64,000 nucleotides of DNA from Octopus vulgaris (lineage: Eukaryota): positions 107,198,001 to 107,262,000 of the forward strand of contig OX597816.1 of NCBI GenBank assembly GCA_951406725.2, in the 5' to 3' direction. Under the pieces are notes generated by a model. It ran no database searches, was not told where the DNA came from, and saw only the letters and a program-made list of their open reading frames with translations. This document shows positions 13,478 to 27,470 of this stretch, piece after piece. How positions within the stretch are numbered: the first letter of the stretch is position 1; every line of letters starts with the position of its first letter. The translations under genes were made by a program, and so were the position numbers.

Positions 13478-13960
13478 CTGGTTTCAAATATTGGCACAAG
13501 GCCAGCAATTTCGGAGGAGGGTTAAGTCGATTACATTGACTCCAGTGTTTAACAGTGGAGGTGCATGGTTTAGTGGTTAGGGTGTTGGACTCATGATTGT
13601 AAGATTGTGGTTTCAATTCCTGGACTAGGTGACACATTGTGTTCTTCAGCAAAATACTTTATTTCATGTTGCTCCAGTTCACCCAGCTGGCAAAAATGAG
13701 TAATCCTGCAGTAGACTGTTGGGGAATTTATGCGCTGTAGAAATCAGGAAACCGGCCCTTATGAGTCAGCATGACTTGAAAAGGTTACCTTTACCTACTT
13801 TTACCAATGTTCAACTGGTACTTGTTTTATCAATCTTGAAGGATGAAAGGATAAAAAGCACAGTTGATCTTGGTGGGATTTGAACTCAGACTATAAAAAT
13901 GAATGAAATGCTACTAAGCATTTTGCCCAGCATTGTAACAATTCTGCTAGCTGACCCCCT
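13478..13960 (-). mobile_element. SINE family C split by a family D SINE
   Basis: C pieces at 13478-13554 and 13800-13960. Confidence 0.75.
13555..13800 (+). mobile_element. tRNA-derived SINE family D
   Basis: A box TGGTTTAGTGG, B box GTTTCAATTCC, and TTCTTCAGCAAAATACTT core. Confidence 0.78.
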
Positions 13961-14061
13961 ATTTTCATATTGTAGTTTATGATCAATGATTGTCATTAGT
14001 TACAGATCTACTATAACTGAATGGCTGTGACCATCAAGGATGTTGTTCAACAAATAGGTGT

Positions 14062-14247
14062 AGTCATAGGCGTGTGGTAAGAAGTTTGCTTCCCAGCCCC
14101 ATGATTCCAGGTTCAGTCCCACTGCATGACACCTTGGATAAGTGTCCTCTACTATTTTACTACAGCCCCAGGCTGACCAAAGTCTTTGGTAGGTGGAAAC
14201 TGAAAGAAGCCTGTCACATATATATATGTGTATATATATATATATAT

Positions 14248-14282
<35 letters not shown>

Positions 14283-14520
14283 TGCACACATGTGTGTATG
14301 TGTGTATGTCTTTGTGTTTGTCCTACCACCACTTGACAACTGATGTTGGTTTGTTTATGTTCCTGTAACTTAGTGGTTTGGCAAAAGAGACTAATATAAC
14401 AAGTACCAGGCTTTAAAAAAATATACTGGGGTTGATTCATTCAACTGAAATCCTTCAAAGCAGTGTCTCCAGCTTGGCTGTAGTCTAATGACTGAAACAA
14501 GTAAAAAAATAAAGGACAAA
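14062..14520 (+). mobile_element. SINE family A
   Basis: Colinear with 4158-4580. Confidence 0.85.
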
Positions 14521-14734
14521 AGATAAATACAATATAAAAATAACAAAAACTAAAAAGACAAGCAAACTAGACATAAAAAACAAGTTGTGAACTAAATTAT
14601 AAATCCAAATCTTTGTTAATCTAAATTATCTTTGTTAATCTAAATTTAAGTTCAAAGACACCATTTATTTTTCTAATGATGTCTGCATCATTCACTGTCC
14701 CTCACTCTCTTTCTCTCTCTATGTATGTCTATAT

Positions 14735-14945
14735 TATCATCATCATCATCATCATCACCAACATCATTTAATGTCCGGTTTCCATACTGGCATGGGTTGT
14801 TGGTTTAATAAGATCCAGTGAGCTGCAGGTCTGTTGCTGGATGCCCTTGCTAACACCAATTACTTTGCAGAGCATGCTGGGTGCTTCTTTCTTGCTACCA
14901 GCTCTAATGAGGTCACTGAGTAACTTGCAAGACAGAAGAAAGAAC
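14735..14945 (-). mobile_element. RTE-tail repeat copy (variant carrying the GTAACTTGCAAGAC segment)
   Basis: The same variant occurs at 18480-18760 (+), 42377-42545 (-), 51130-51290 (-) and 59400-59620 (-). Confidence 0.65.
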
Positions 14946-15004
14946 ACAGACAGAAAGCTGTAGGTTACTGAGTTTAATCTACATGTGTATAATGCACTCC
15001 ATCT

Positions 15005-15239
15005 CTTATTTCTTTATTGCCCACAAGGGGCTAAACATAGAGGGGACAAACAAGGACAGACAAAGAGATTAAGTTGATTACATGGACCCCAGTGCGTAAC
15101 TGGTACTTAATTTATCGACCCCGAAAGGATGAAAGGCAAAGTTGGCCTCAGCAGAATTTGAACTTAGAACGTAACAGCAGACGAAATACTGCTAAGCATT
15201 TTCCCCGGCGTGTTAACGATTCTGCCAGCTCGCCGCCTT
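15005..15239 (-). mobile_element. SINE family C (young, alternative tail)
   Basis: CpG-rich; the tail CCCACAAGGGGCTAAAC also occurs at 33488. Confidence 0.85.
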
Positions 15240-15458
15240 ATGGGCCCAGTTTCCCGGTTTCTATGGCGTATGTGTACCCCATCTGGATGGATGCCAGTCC
15301 ATTGCAGCATTGCTCATTTTTGCCAGCTGAGTGGACTGGAGCAACATGAAATGAAGTGTTTTGCTCAAGAACACAACGTGTCGCCTGGTCCAGGAATCAA
15401 AAGCACAATCTTACGATCATGGTGCTGACACCCTAACCACTAAGCCACGTGCCTCCAC
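15240..15458 (-). mobile_element. SINE family D
   Basis: Reverse complement of 13555-13800. Confidence 0.8.
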
Positions 15459-16269
15459 ATGTGTATAATGCACATGTGTATAATGCACATGTGTATAATG
15501 CCTCTGTTGTACTTTGCTATAACAGAAAGTCCCCATCCTTTGCTTTCATTGGCAAGCGAGACAACTTCTATATTGCTGGTGTCTGGAAAAATGCACCTAG
15601 TACTATGAGTACTATGAGTAGAGAAAGCATTGGGTTGTGAGATCCCTTTAGTTTTTTCTTGCTGAGGATTTATCAACCTTTCCAGTACTTATACTCTGTG
15701 AAGTGACTAGTGATAAGAGAAATATGTCGCTGTTGAAACCAATTCAAATGACACTTACAAGCACCAGTCTTTGCGAGCAGGGATTCCCAATAAGGAGTGA
15801 TTCGGACTGTGGGGAGCCCATCCAACCTGTGTCAATATAGGAAGCAAATGGGAAATGATGTTAATGACGACGATTATGATGATAATGATGATTTGGCTAT
15901 GCAAATACAGTGTGGTCTGTCAGTCATCATAGCTTTGATTCCTCACAGCTGGCACTTAGGTTTCTTATCATGTTGCTTTTATGAGACTGTTTAACCGAGG
16001 ACCACGACAGCTGGGTTTTTTTTGTGAGATTTTAGGATAAGAGATGCTTGAAGCTAAACATTTGGTCTTTGTTTAACAATAGATTAATTTTGTTTTTCTA
16101 TCCTTCCAGTAGTTACTGAAATACATACTAATGACATGAATGTTAAATGATGATAATGATGATGATGATGATGTTGTACTGAGACTTGATTTACTCATTG
16201 ATGGTAATTTTCTCTTAATGTATATTTATATATCATTATAAGAGATTATTATTACTATTGAAAATGAAA

Positions 16270-17315
16270 TGGTGAGCTGACTGAAATGTTAGCATGTCAG
16301 ACAAAAATACTTCACTGCATTTCTTTCGATTCGTCTCCTTACATCATCATCATTATCATCATTATCATCATCATCGTCGTCATTGTTTAATGTCCGCTTT
16401 CCATGCTGACATAGGTTAGACAGTCTGATTGAGGTCTGGCAAGCCAGTGGGCTGCACCAAGCTCCAATCTGATCTGGCAATGTTTCTACAGCTGGATGCC
16501 CATCTTAATGCCTACCACTCTGAAAGTATAGAGTGTGCTTTTTACATGCCACCGGCATGGGAGCCAGTCAGGCGGCTCTGGCATTGACCACATTCAGATG
16601 GTGCTTTTTACATTCTGCTGGCATGGGAGCCAGCAGCGGATCAAATTAGCTTCCTTTCTTTCAAGTTTACACATCTCCTCAGCAGTCATGGCTCATGTTT
16701 CACTGCCGTGTAACATGGCAATTTGCACACATGCATCATACAGTCTACCTTTCACCATGGGTAAGAGGTCCTTAGTTGCCAGTAGAGATAGGAGCTCTCC
16801 GAACATTGCCCAGGCTACTTTTATTCTAGCAGCTACGTTCTCAGAGCATCCACCCCCACTACAGACTTGGTCGCCTAGGTAGCGGAAGCTATCAACTACT
16901 TTTAGTTTTACCCACTGGCATGTAATGGAATCTGTTTTCTGTACATCTTCGGTGCTTCTTGTCCCTGTCCATCTGACACACACAAAAACTATCTTCCTGG
17001 TTAATCTTCCTTTGATATTGCTGCACCTCTTATGTGTCCATAGCTTACACCAGGTACATCATATGGAGTTTTTGCCTACACCTTTTCTACAGATTGAGCA
17101 GGGCCATCTACCTGAAGGGGTTTGTGATTTGTTGGCCTTCCTACTAACTAAATTCTAAGTTTAAATTCTTCTAAGGTCGATTTTTACCTTTCATCTTTCC
17201 GAACCAATAAAATAACTACCAGATGAGCGCTGGAGTTGATGTAATTGTCTAGCCACCCACCTTTTCTTAATTTCAGACCTTGTGCTTATGGTAGAAAGGA
17301 TTATTGTTATTATTA
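16270..17315 (+). mobile_element. SINE family C split by an RTE insertion
   Basis: Head at 16270-16341; remainder at 17152-17315. Confidence 0.7.
16342..17151 (-). mobile_element. RTE LINE 3' fragment, nested inside a SINE
   Basis: KVVDSFRYLGDQVCSGGGCSENVAARIKVAWAMFGELL...KGRLYDACVQIAMLHGSET, followed by the same 3' UTR and (GAT)n tail as the 45.7-47.9 kb copy. Confidence 0.88.
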
Positions 17316-18129
17316 TGAATTGATAGGTTGTTTGCCCACATAATTTAATTGTTTACATCCTGTCACAAGATCTGTCAGAAGAGCAGTACTTAACGTTCCG
17401 AATTTAAGTTTCAATCCAGTTATCGTTGTTTAAGATCTCTCCTTGGTTGATAAATTAGTGAAGTGTGAATAAATCATAAGAAAAATCAATTTAGATTGGG
17501 CTGTAAATTACTAAAAATTCCACAGATATCTACTGGTAGAACTGTATGGGTTGAAGTTTACAAGGTGTAATTTGAGCAGCAGGAGGAGGTAGTAATTGAA
17601 CCAGTTATTTGAAGGAGATCAAAGCATTTCTGTTGTAACATGAGTGGGTGGATACAAAACTGGAACGATGCTTTGGGACATCACATGGTGCCGGTCAAGA
17701 CAATGTGTCATGTTCTTGCTTTCACAGTGCTGTCAGTTCCTGAAGTGAAAGGCTCCAACAACTTGGAGTTGACTAGGAATCCTCTCTCTGTTACATACAA
17801 AGGGCTTCTGTATATGATAAACACAAACACATACCACACACACAAATAAATACATACACACACACACATTATGGGTGGGCTTCTGTACAATTTCTATCTA
17901 CCTAATTTCATTCACATGGCATTGATCAACCTGAAGCATATAGTAGAAGACATTTACCCAAAATGGAAATGGTTTGAACCCAAAACCATTTGGTAGTGAA
18001 GAAGACTTCTTACCCATAGAACCATGCTTGCTGCAAAGATATTTATTCATAATATTTGTTTTATTGGTACTTTAGTAACTAATATTAGGTGGTTTTTTTT
18101 ATTCCTTTACACAATAAATATTTTCAAAA

Positions 18130-18760
18130 TTTTAATCACCAAATACAATCACCTCTATTCTATCTAACTATTTCTCTTCACATTGTTATGAAACTCTCCC
18201 TCTCTGTCCTCGCTGCCAACTCACCCAGTTCAATCCTCTGTATCACTTTATCTCTGTACCAATGTACCTTGATGGTATATCTTGACACAAACCCATTACC
18301 TTCTCTCTCTCTCTCTCTCACTCTGTCCACCTCGATCTTTCTCTCCCCTCTTTATCAACTGGGGCATCCTTGTAATTCTTGTACTGCAAGACACCTATCT
18401 CTGCCTCTCTGTTATTTTAATCTCTCAACTGGCACAAAACCACTTCCCTCAATAATACTGCTTTCCTGTTCCAGTTGAAAGGACTTTGTCTTGCAAGTTA
18501 CTTGGTGACCCCACAGGTGTTGGTGCAAAAAAGAAAAAAGCATCCAGCACACTCTGTAAAATAATTGATGTTAGGAAGGGTATCCAGCCTTAGGGACCAA
18601 GCCAAACTAAACAATAGAGCTCAGCACAGCCCCCTGGCTTGCCAACATTTGTCAAACCACTAGTTCCATGCCAGCATGAAAAACAGACTTTAAATGATGG
18701 TGATGATGATGATCATAATGATGACGATCATGATGATGATGACAACGATGATGATGATGC
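18130..18760 (+). mobile_element. Non-autonomous RTE-tailed repeat with a CT-rich 5' extension
   Basis: GTCTTGCAAGTTACTTGGTGACC..TTAGGAAGGG..CCATGCCAGCATG..(GAT)n; a reverse copy lies at 51130-51830. Confidence 0.6.
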
Positions 18761-19004
18761 CGCCACCAATGATCTGAATATGATATAATCATGTGTTTTA
18801 TTTAACTTGTGAAACTTATCTTAATTACCAGAAATAAAACCAAGTGACTAACCCACCCACCCAAATATCTACTAGTCTTTGGTTTCACCAAAGTCATTTT
18901 CTTCAGTTTTCTTTTTTTTATTTCATTATGACGTTTATCCTCCGCCTTTTAGCTGCAGCTATGAAGGAAGTTTCTTCAATATTCACTTGTTATGTGACCT
19001 TTTA

Positions 19005-19837
19005 AACACACACATACGCACAAGCATGCATGCACACACACGCACACACATGCACGCACACACACGCACACACATGCACACACACACACACACAGATGAA
19101 CTTACATCCACATACGTTTTATATCTACGTACCCACATTTGGATCTACACATACTATTTCATATTCAACTGTATATGCACACAGACATACATATACACAC
19201 ATACATACACACACACACATACATACATACACCCATACATACACCCATACATACATATATATAAATGTGTGTATATAGTGTGCATATATATATGTGTGTG
19301 TGTGTATATATATATATAATATGTAAGGATATAAATATATATATATATATACACATATACATATATGTACATATGTGTGTGTGTGTATATATTTATATAT
19401 ATATATATGTATATATATATATGCATGCTTACATTTATGCACTCATTCATTCACACCAATTTCTTCACATATACAGGCCCATGCACACACTTCTACATAT
19501 GCACTTGCAAATGCTCTCACACTCACATACACATACATATATATACACACACACATATGCACACAATTAACCACCACACTGTGATAGCTTCGCAGACAAA
19601 CACAGCATACTTCCCTCATAATCACATACATACATCATTACTTGTACACTCACACGCACTTACACACACACACACATACACGCGCACACGCACACACATA
19701 CAAACACACACTTATTTGCACTTGTAGACACTAACACACACTCACAAACACACATACGCACACACACAAACACACACTTACACGCACACTCATTTGCACT
19801 CATAGACACTCACACACATACACACAAACACACACAC

Positions 19838-19871
<34 letters not shown>

Positions 19872-20238
19872 TTATTTGCACTTGTAGACACATGCACTTT
19901 CATGCTGCCTTTCATGAATGTACCAACACCTAAATACACTAACATAGATCTATACACTCTTGCACATATACACTTACCCTGAGAAAGAAGTATATAAATA
20001 TGGCCTGTTCAACATAATTTTTAATTGTTACAGTGACCTGGGACTCTCGCTGTGTATCTAAATATTCATATGTGTTTATGTATGTATGTATGTGTATGTG
20101 ATTGTATGTGTGTAAGTGAGAGGGGGAGAGAGAGTGTTGGGGAGAGATAGAGAGGGGATGAAAGAAAGAAACTGTGTGTGGTGTGTGTATATATGTGTGT
20201 ATCATTGTTTTATAATGTGAACATTAAAAAATTACTTG

Positions 20239-20274
<36 letters not shown>

Positions 20275-20328
20275 CTCTTTGTTTGACTATGTAAATCTCT
20301 AAACTGTGATTTAGCAGATGTGTATGAC

Positions 20329-20368
<40 letters not shown>

Positions 20369-20960
20369 ACTTGAGTGCGTGCAAAACTGTTTCACTGTGA
20401 AGACATCTAAATATTAGTTTGTGAGTGGTGTGTGAGTGTGTGTGTGTGTGCCTGTGTGTGTGTGTGTGTGTGTGCCTGCCTCTGTGTGTGTGTGTGTGTG
20501 TATGTGTGCCTGTGTGTGTGTGTGTGTGTAGAACTGTTTTATGGTGTAACTTTATTATTGTGTATTCACATATCTGTTCATGTCTATGTGTATGTGAGTG
20601 TATCTATATGTGTGTATGTGTGTGTGTACATGTGTGAATGTGTATATGTGTGTGTGAGTATATGTAGGTAACCACTTTATGTATAGGTTTATATGTAATT
20701 GGATATCTGTGTTTGTGAGTGTGCTTTTCTATCTCTTTGTGTATACATATGTATATTAAGTGGGTGACTGGTTGAGTATACATGTGTGTGGCTATACAAT
20801 ATGTAGGTTTTTGTGTATAAGTAAGTATAATGTGACAGTGTGTATGCATATATAGATTTCTGTGTATGAACACATTAATATATGTGTTTATGTGTGTGTA
20901 TGTGCTCATATGAAAATGTGATATTTTGCACACACGTGAATGTGATGTGTGTGTTTGTAT
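19005..20960. repeat. Large (CA)n/(TA)n then (TG)n low-complexity field
   Basis: CA-rich to ~19900, TG-rich afterwards. Confidence 0.9.
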
Positions 20961-21039
20961 ATCTCATCGTGCAAATATAATATATTGTGTGATTGTATAT
21001 AATACTGTATATGTATGATATTCTGTGTGTGAAATTTAT

Positions 21040-21371
21040 CTTTCACTTGTTTTAATTATTAGACTGCTGCTATACTGGGGTACCACTTAGAACAGATTTT
21101 AGTTGAATAAGCCTGGTACTTATTCTATTGGTTTCTTTTGTCAATCTGCTGAGTTACAGGGACATAAACACACCAACATTGATTATCAAGCAGTGGTAGG
21201 GAAATGCGAAGACACAAAGACACATGCATCATCATCATCATCATCATCATTTAACGTCCACTCTTCATGCTGGCATGGGTTAAACGGTTTGCCCGGAACT
21301 GGTCAACTGGAGAGTTGCACCAGGTTCCAGTCTGATTTGGCATGGTTTCTACAGATGGATGCTCTTCCTAA

Positions 21372-21416
<45 letters not shown>

Positions 21417-21610
21417 GTGTGTATATATGTATATATATATGACAGGTTTCTTTTAGTTTCCGTTTACTTAACCTACTCACAAGGCTTTGGTTGGTCCAGG
21501 GCTATAGTTGAAGACAGTTGCCTAAAGTGATGTGCAGTGGAACTGAACTCGGAACCATGTGGTTGGGAAGCAAACTTCTTACTGCACAGCCACACATGCT
21601 CCTATGCCAC
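21040..21610 (-). mobile_element. SINE family A with a nested RTE tail (21228-21375)
   Basis: Reverse complement of family A, interrupted in its microsatellite. Confidence 0.8.
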
Positions 21611-21779
21611 TCCTGTGCCTATATTGTGTGCATGACTGCGTAAAATATGGCATGTTTAACTTATTCTCATATCTGCATATTGTCTGGGGAGCAGTGTGAG
21701 TGAGTATATTAAATTGTGAGCATGTGTGCTTGTGTAGAACAGACTGTCTGTAATATAATAGCCATATATGATATTCCTT

Positions 21780-22000
21780 TCTTCTTTTACTTGTTTCAGT
21801 CATTTTGGCTGCAGTCATGCTGGAGCATTGCTTTTTTTAGTCAAAGAAATCAACGCCAAGACTTATTCTTTGTAAGCCTTGTACTTATTCTATTGGTGTC
21901 TTTTGCTGAACTGCTAAGTTACAGGGATGTAAACACATCAACATTGGTTGTCAAGTGCTGGTGGAGGGGGGACAAATACAAACACACACACACACATAAA
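21780..22000 (-). mobile_element. SINE family A, 3' half
   Basis: TTTTACTTGTTTCAGTCA..CTAAGTTACAGGGATGTAAACAC. Confidence 0.8.
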
Positions 22001-22017
22001 TATATACATATATTTGA

Positions 22018-22137
22018 TTTAGTGATTAACAAATCGGCATGCTTGATCACTAAATCCACAAGTTTTTATAATTCTCTTTATGTTTATTTTCTCTTATTCC
22101 TTTCTGTTGAAGAGCGTAGGCTCAAAACATAAAAGAC
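22018..22137 (+). mobile_element. PLE-type fragment with a decayed hammerhead (22100-22135)
   Basis: CTTT CTGTTGA a GAGC-gtag-GCTC AAAA CATA AAAG; preceded by the short inverted repeat TTTAGTGATTAA/TTGATCACTAAA. Confidence 0.45.
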
Positions 22138-22621
22138 TAACTAGACAGCCATATTTACACAATGTTTAATTAACTTAAAATGGTTTTAAACTTTTTAAAC
22201 TTGTCCAATACCATGGCAAAGAAAAAAAAATTATAATAATTTGGATGCAGAATCATTTGTCTTTATTAATAAAGAGGGAAGAGTTAAAAATTTGATTAAC
22301 ATTTTGTGAAGGTGGGGGGTTTTATTTAATAGTTTGTGAACCATTTTGTGAAGGTGGGGGGTTTTATTTAATAGTTTGTGAACCATTTGTTGGCTGTTAT
22401 AATTAGCATGGAAGCATGGGTGATATGAAATATCATAACTTCCAACATATAGGTCACATTTTTCAGACCTAAAATAAAAACAGAGGTCAAGTTGATTTTA
22501 GAACACTAGTATTCTGTGTAAAATGCAATAGGATTTGGAAAGATAATGAATAATGAAACTACATGTCTACACTGTATACTATATTGACTATGCTGGAAAA
22601 TATAGTAACAAGAAGGCTTCA

Positions 22622-22916
22622 ACATAATTCTGTTGTGTCTGGAGAGAGTCATTTTCTTTTTGTGCCTTATAATTTAACACACCCACTGGTAAAATTTCCA
22701 CTTATTTCTTATTTTTATTTTCATAACATTTTCATTGTGTCTTACAAACTTTTCAATAGTCTTGACTCTGAACGGACAGGGTCAAGACTATTGAAAAGGT
22801 TGCAAGACGCAACGAAAATTTTAGGAAACTAAAAATATGTGGAAATTTTACCAATGAGTGTGTTAAATTATAAGGCACAAAAAGAAAATGACTCTCCCCA
22901 GACACAACAGAATATG
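22622..22916. mobile_element. ~295-bp fold-back (inverted PLE-type terminal repeats)
   Basis: The arm TTCTGTTGTGTCTGGAGAGAGTCATTTTC..TTTTCAATAGTCTTGAC is mirrored by GTCAAGACTATTGAAAA..GACACAACAGAA around a centre at ~22773. Confidence 0.75.
22788..22824 (+). ncRNA. Minimal hammerhead motif with U3:A8 core
   Basis: CTA TTGAAAA g GTTGC-aagac-GCAAC GAAA ATT T TAG. Confidence 0.55.
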
Positions 22917-22969
22917 CTTCAACACACGAACTCATATAAAGAATCTTGCAAACCAAATCCAAAAACAAA

Positions 22970-23220
22970 CAGTGGTTCTCAACCATTTTAGCCAATAGAC
23001 CCCTTTGATTTCTATTTTACTCGGATGGGCCCTTGTGGCTATTTGATGTTTAAAAATACTATTGTATTTTTATAATTAAATGTTATTAGGAATTAAACAA
23101 GAAAAATTAAAAAAATATTTTGTCTATTATAGAAGTATAACCAATTTATTGTACATAAATTTTAACAATAAAATCTTATATGGACCCCCAAGGGACATGT
23201 AAACTCCGATGGAGAACTGT
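22970..23220. mobile_element. hAT MITE (same family as 39598-40348)
   Basis: CAGTGGTTCTCAACC start and shared internal sequence. Confidence 0.72.
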
Positions 23221-24117
23221 TATGATAGAAGTAGTAGACAAATTTCCCTCAAACCACAACCCACCATATTAAAGAAAAACACAAAAGTTAAACAAAAGAA
23301 AAGGAAAAAAAAACACAGACAAGGTGACTAAACAAAAATATAGAGGGATCATGGCTAGTATATCCTTGTTCATAGCACTACTAATGCCATCTATAACTAT
23401 TAAGATGCACACACACATGCCTGTCCTCATTTCCACTGCATTTAGAACCCTGTACCAATCAGGCATTTAATCTTTCTTCCCCTTTTCAAATGAGGGTACA
23501 TTTGGGGATCATCATCATTGTCGTCGTTGTCATTGTCATCGTCATCGTCATCATCATTGTCATCATCATCATCATCATTTTGTTTTCTCTGCTGGCAAGG
23601 GTTGGAGATCATCAACCAAATTAAACCTTGCGAGTTTCCTTCTAGAAGAGACTGCTAGGTCGTAAAAAAAGCCAAACAACAAAAATACTAATAACAACCT
23701 TGAAGCAATCTATTGAGTTTGCTTTAATGACAGATAAATATTAACAAATTATTTCATAGCAAAAGCCAAGTGATGCAATCATTTGTTTCCTTCCTCCTTC
23801 AGCTTCACTGCGCCTGTCTGCCTCTTTTTCTCTCTGTATATCCGTCTGGATATACAGACGGATATACAGAGAGAGGGAGAAATTCTCCCTCTCTCTCTCT
23901 TTCTCTCTTCCTCTACCTATTTATTAATGTCTCTGTGTATCTGTTAGTTCATAAATTTGTCAGTCTGTTCATCTGACTCTTTCTCTGTTCCCCTGTCTGT
24001 CTTCTATCTATGCATTCACACACACAACCACACACACATGCGCATGCACACACACACATGCTAACACATGCACACACACATATGCACACACACACACATG
24101 CACACACATGCATGCAT

Positions 24118-24163
<46 letters not shown>

Positions 24164-24432
24164 AAATGCACACAAATCTATGCACATGCAAACACACACA
24201 AGCACACATTTATATTATACAAGGATGCTCCAAGGAAAAAAAGAACTTGAAAATAAAGACAGTTTTTATGCATTAAAATACACACACACACACATAGATT
24301 TGATAGAACACACTGAAGAAAGAGAACTCAATACCTTATGATGTATGATGATGATCATCATCATCACCATCCTCATCATCATTACTATTCTCATTGTCAT
24401 TCCCATCACATCTGCTTTCCCATGCAGTATAG

Positions 24433-24619
24433 CAGTGCTCCACGACTTTTTTTTCGCTTGTGGTACACTTATATTCTTTTCAAAATTTGGTGACACACCT
24501 GAACTAAAAATATAACTAAAAGTATAGGGAAAAAAATTATGTCCAAGTTACACTGTGGCACACCTAGCATCATCTCATGACACACCAGTGTGCCGTGGCA
24601 TACTGGTTGCAGAGCACTG
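24433..24619. mobile_element. hAT (Charlie-like) MITE
   Basis: TIR CAGTGCTC/GAGCACTG; 8-bp TSD CAGTATAG/CAGTAAAG. Confidence 0.82.
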
Positions 24620-24897
24620 CAGTAAAGTAGTAGGTTCATGTGTCTGTTAATATCAGATTTGTATATTATAAATGTTGACATGTGTGCTTACAAACTGGGT
24701 GGAGAAAGTGGGTTCTCTCTTGAAAATGATTGAATTCACTAATTGGGGTTTATTAATAACTCATGGTGATTAATAACTCATGGTGAAAGTTGCTGTGCCA
24801 GCTGAGATAGAATCAGAGAAAATTAATTTGTAGAGTTTGTGTTGTGACAAAGTAGGTACAGAGGAGACTTGTATAAATATGATATGATTATGTATGT

Positions 24898-25642
24898 CTG
24901 CTACCTCTGTTAGTGATGAAGGGCCTCCCCCTCAAAGTGAAAGGCAGATTGTATGATGCCTGTGTATAAACAGCTATGCTACATAGCAGTAAGGATATGA
25001 AAGAAATGAAACCAGTATGCTCCACTAGATGGGTAATGTCAGTGTGCACATATGACAGAGTGTATATATGACAGAGTGTATGAGAGAAAAACTAAGTATA
25101 CAAGGCATCAGATGTTGCATGCGAGAGAGAACACTGCATTGGTATGGCCTTGTAATGCATATGAATGAAGATAGTTGCATCAAGAGGTGCCAGTCTCTAA
25201 TTGCAGAGAGAACGTTTGGAAGTGGTAGACCCAGGAAGATGTGGGATGAAGTAGTGAGAAAGGATTTACAGGCATTGGGACTGACAGCAGGGATGACAGG
25301 GGAGGGGGCGAGACTCCTGGCAGTTTGCTGTGCTTGAAAAGGCATGTTAAGTAAAAGCATGGTTGCCCTTGTGTGCAGGCTTGTCCCCTGCAACACTCTC
25401 CAGCTGAGAATCCCTAATCTTGCAGGCTTGTAGGTGCTGGTGCCACGTAAAAAGCACCTGTGCTGGTGCCATGTAAAAAGCACCCATTACACTCTCTAAA
25501 GTGGTTGGGGTTAGGAAGGGCATCCAGCCATAGAAACCATGCCAAAACAGACGTGAAGCCTGAACAGCCCTTCAGCCAGTCAGCTCCTGTGAAACTGTCC
25601 AACCCATGCCAGCATGGAAATCAGACATTAAATGATGATGAT
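24898..25642 (+). mobile_element. RTE LINE 3' fragment
   Basis: KGRLYDAC...RTLHWYGLVMHMNEDSCIKRC...GRPRKMWDEVVRKDL, followed by the 3' UTR ending TTAAATGATGATGAT. Confidence 0.88.
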
Positions 25643-27383
25643 ATGTACCATCTGGCACATGGCTTTAAAATTAAAAATTTGTTTCTTCTTTGATTTTTTG
25701 TGCATAGATTTGAATGGCTCCATGAGTTACACATTTCCTAGTACCTATTGATTTCCTGGTACCTATTCAAAAATTTCTTCTCCAATTATGGCCATATGCA
25801 AAGCTGATGCTGCCAACATACTTTGTCACATTCTGTGAAAATTGTTCAATATCTTTCTCAAGTCTCTCACAGGTTTTTCCAAAATACCAAATTCTCTTGG
25901 TTCAACACAGTTATTTGTTACCTCAAACAACTTCAATAACTTTTAGTTCAAATGTTGCTGTATACTTTCTTTTTGCTGTATACTTTTTTTCTCACAGAAT
26001 GATGTAGAATTTTAACACTTAAACTACCCAACTGTATTCCATAAATGCTATGTAGGAAATAGGAATTAACATCAGCTCAAATGATGCAGTGACCTGACTT
26101 TGTCTTGACTTTTATATAGTCACCTTGATCACAGTAACTTGCTTTTCATCACTTATCTAACAACACTGGTTACACTGTTTCTACATCCACAGGCTGGAGG
26201 CTGATGAAGCTTTACATACTAGTAAATACCACCCATTCAGAGATCTAGTAATTATAGTGAATTACTTGGTTAAACACATTTGGTTTAGCTTATGTTAGTA
26301 AGGGTAGAGGGATTTAATTTGTATCACACTAATTATGCTATAATGATTGTAGTTCTTTGATAATGAACTCGAGAAATCTCTAAGTTAATGTTTGTGTGGA
26401 CTGTACATCAAAACACAATAATGTGGGAAAAGTTAATTTTTTTACTGTAACATTTATACATAGGAGAATCCTCTGGCTAGCAAATGTTGATCTATTTATC
26501 TGTGAAAAATATGAGCCAGCTTTTATATGGGACACATAGGGAATGCCTGTTTTTTTTTAGTGCTTACACAGGTTACCTTTTATGTACAATTGGCTTTTGA
26601 GTATATGTAATACCAAAGTGGTGGATTTTACTAAAACTCTTTAAAACTGAAATCAGTAAAAAAGAAAAAAAAGAATTATTGTCTTTTAATGTTTATTAAT
26701 GTAATTTCAGATTTGTGCTTCTAGTTAAAGCTAAGTTTTCTAAGATATCATTCTGCTTTTAGATTTTTCTAATCAACCTTCTTCCTGAATCTAATTTTAA
26801 CTGGAGCTACAAATTTAAATCAAAATTTGTTTTTGTTTGGATTCATCACTGATTAAAACTTCAGCAATCTCCACTGAATTTCAATTGCTGTAAGCAGTCA
26901 GAATTAATGAAGCTGTGGACATTATAGTCTCAGTTCTTGACCCAAAGGGAGTAGAGGTCTCTATATAGTTGTTTGATCTACAAAAATGGTAAGCAAATCA
27001 GACCACATTCTACTGTGTTAAATAAGCAAAAGACACATTGAATAATGTAGTCTGTCATATCACTGAAAAGATGCTCATTTCAAGTATAATGCCTTTAATT
27101 AGAAGTTTACTTCATAAGGGTCAATGTGAGACTTAACAATAAAAATAAAAATAACACTCTGAGTTCAAATCTTGCTGAGGTTAACTATGGATTTTTATCA
27201 CCCTGGGCATAGATCAAGTACTAACAATACATTTATGGTCAGTCATTATAATCAACTACATCCTTGTCGCTAAATGCCTGGACTTACACTAATGTCAGAA
27301 ACAATATTATTTCTTTCAGCACTGTCATGTTCTTCCCATATCGCATATTCTTCAGGATATCATTTAATTCTTTCATATCTATA

Positions 27384-27414
<31 letters not shown>

Positions 27415-27470
27415 ATTATTATGGTGGTGGCGGCGGCGGTGGCAGTGGTAGTGGTGGCGATGACGACGAT

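Noticed and set aside
13555-13630. tRNA gene candidates at SINE heads
   Set aside because: A/B boxes are present, but no complete cloverleaf; they continue into SINE bodies.
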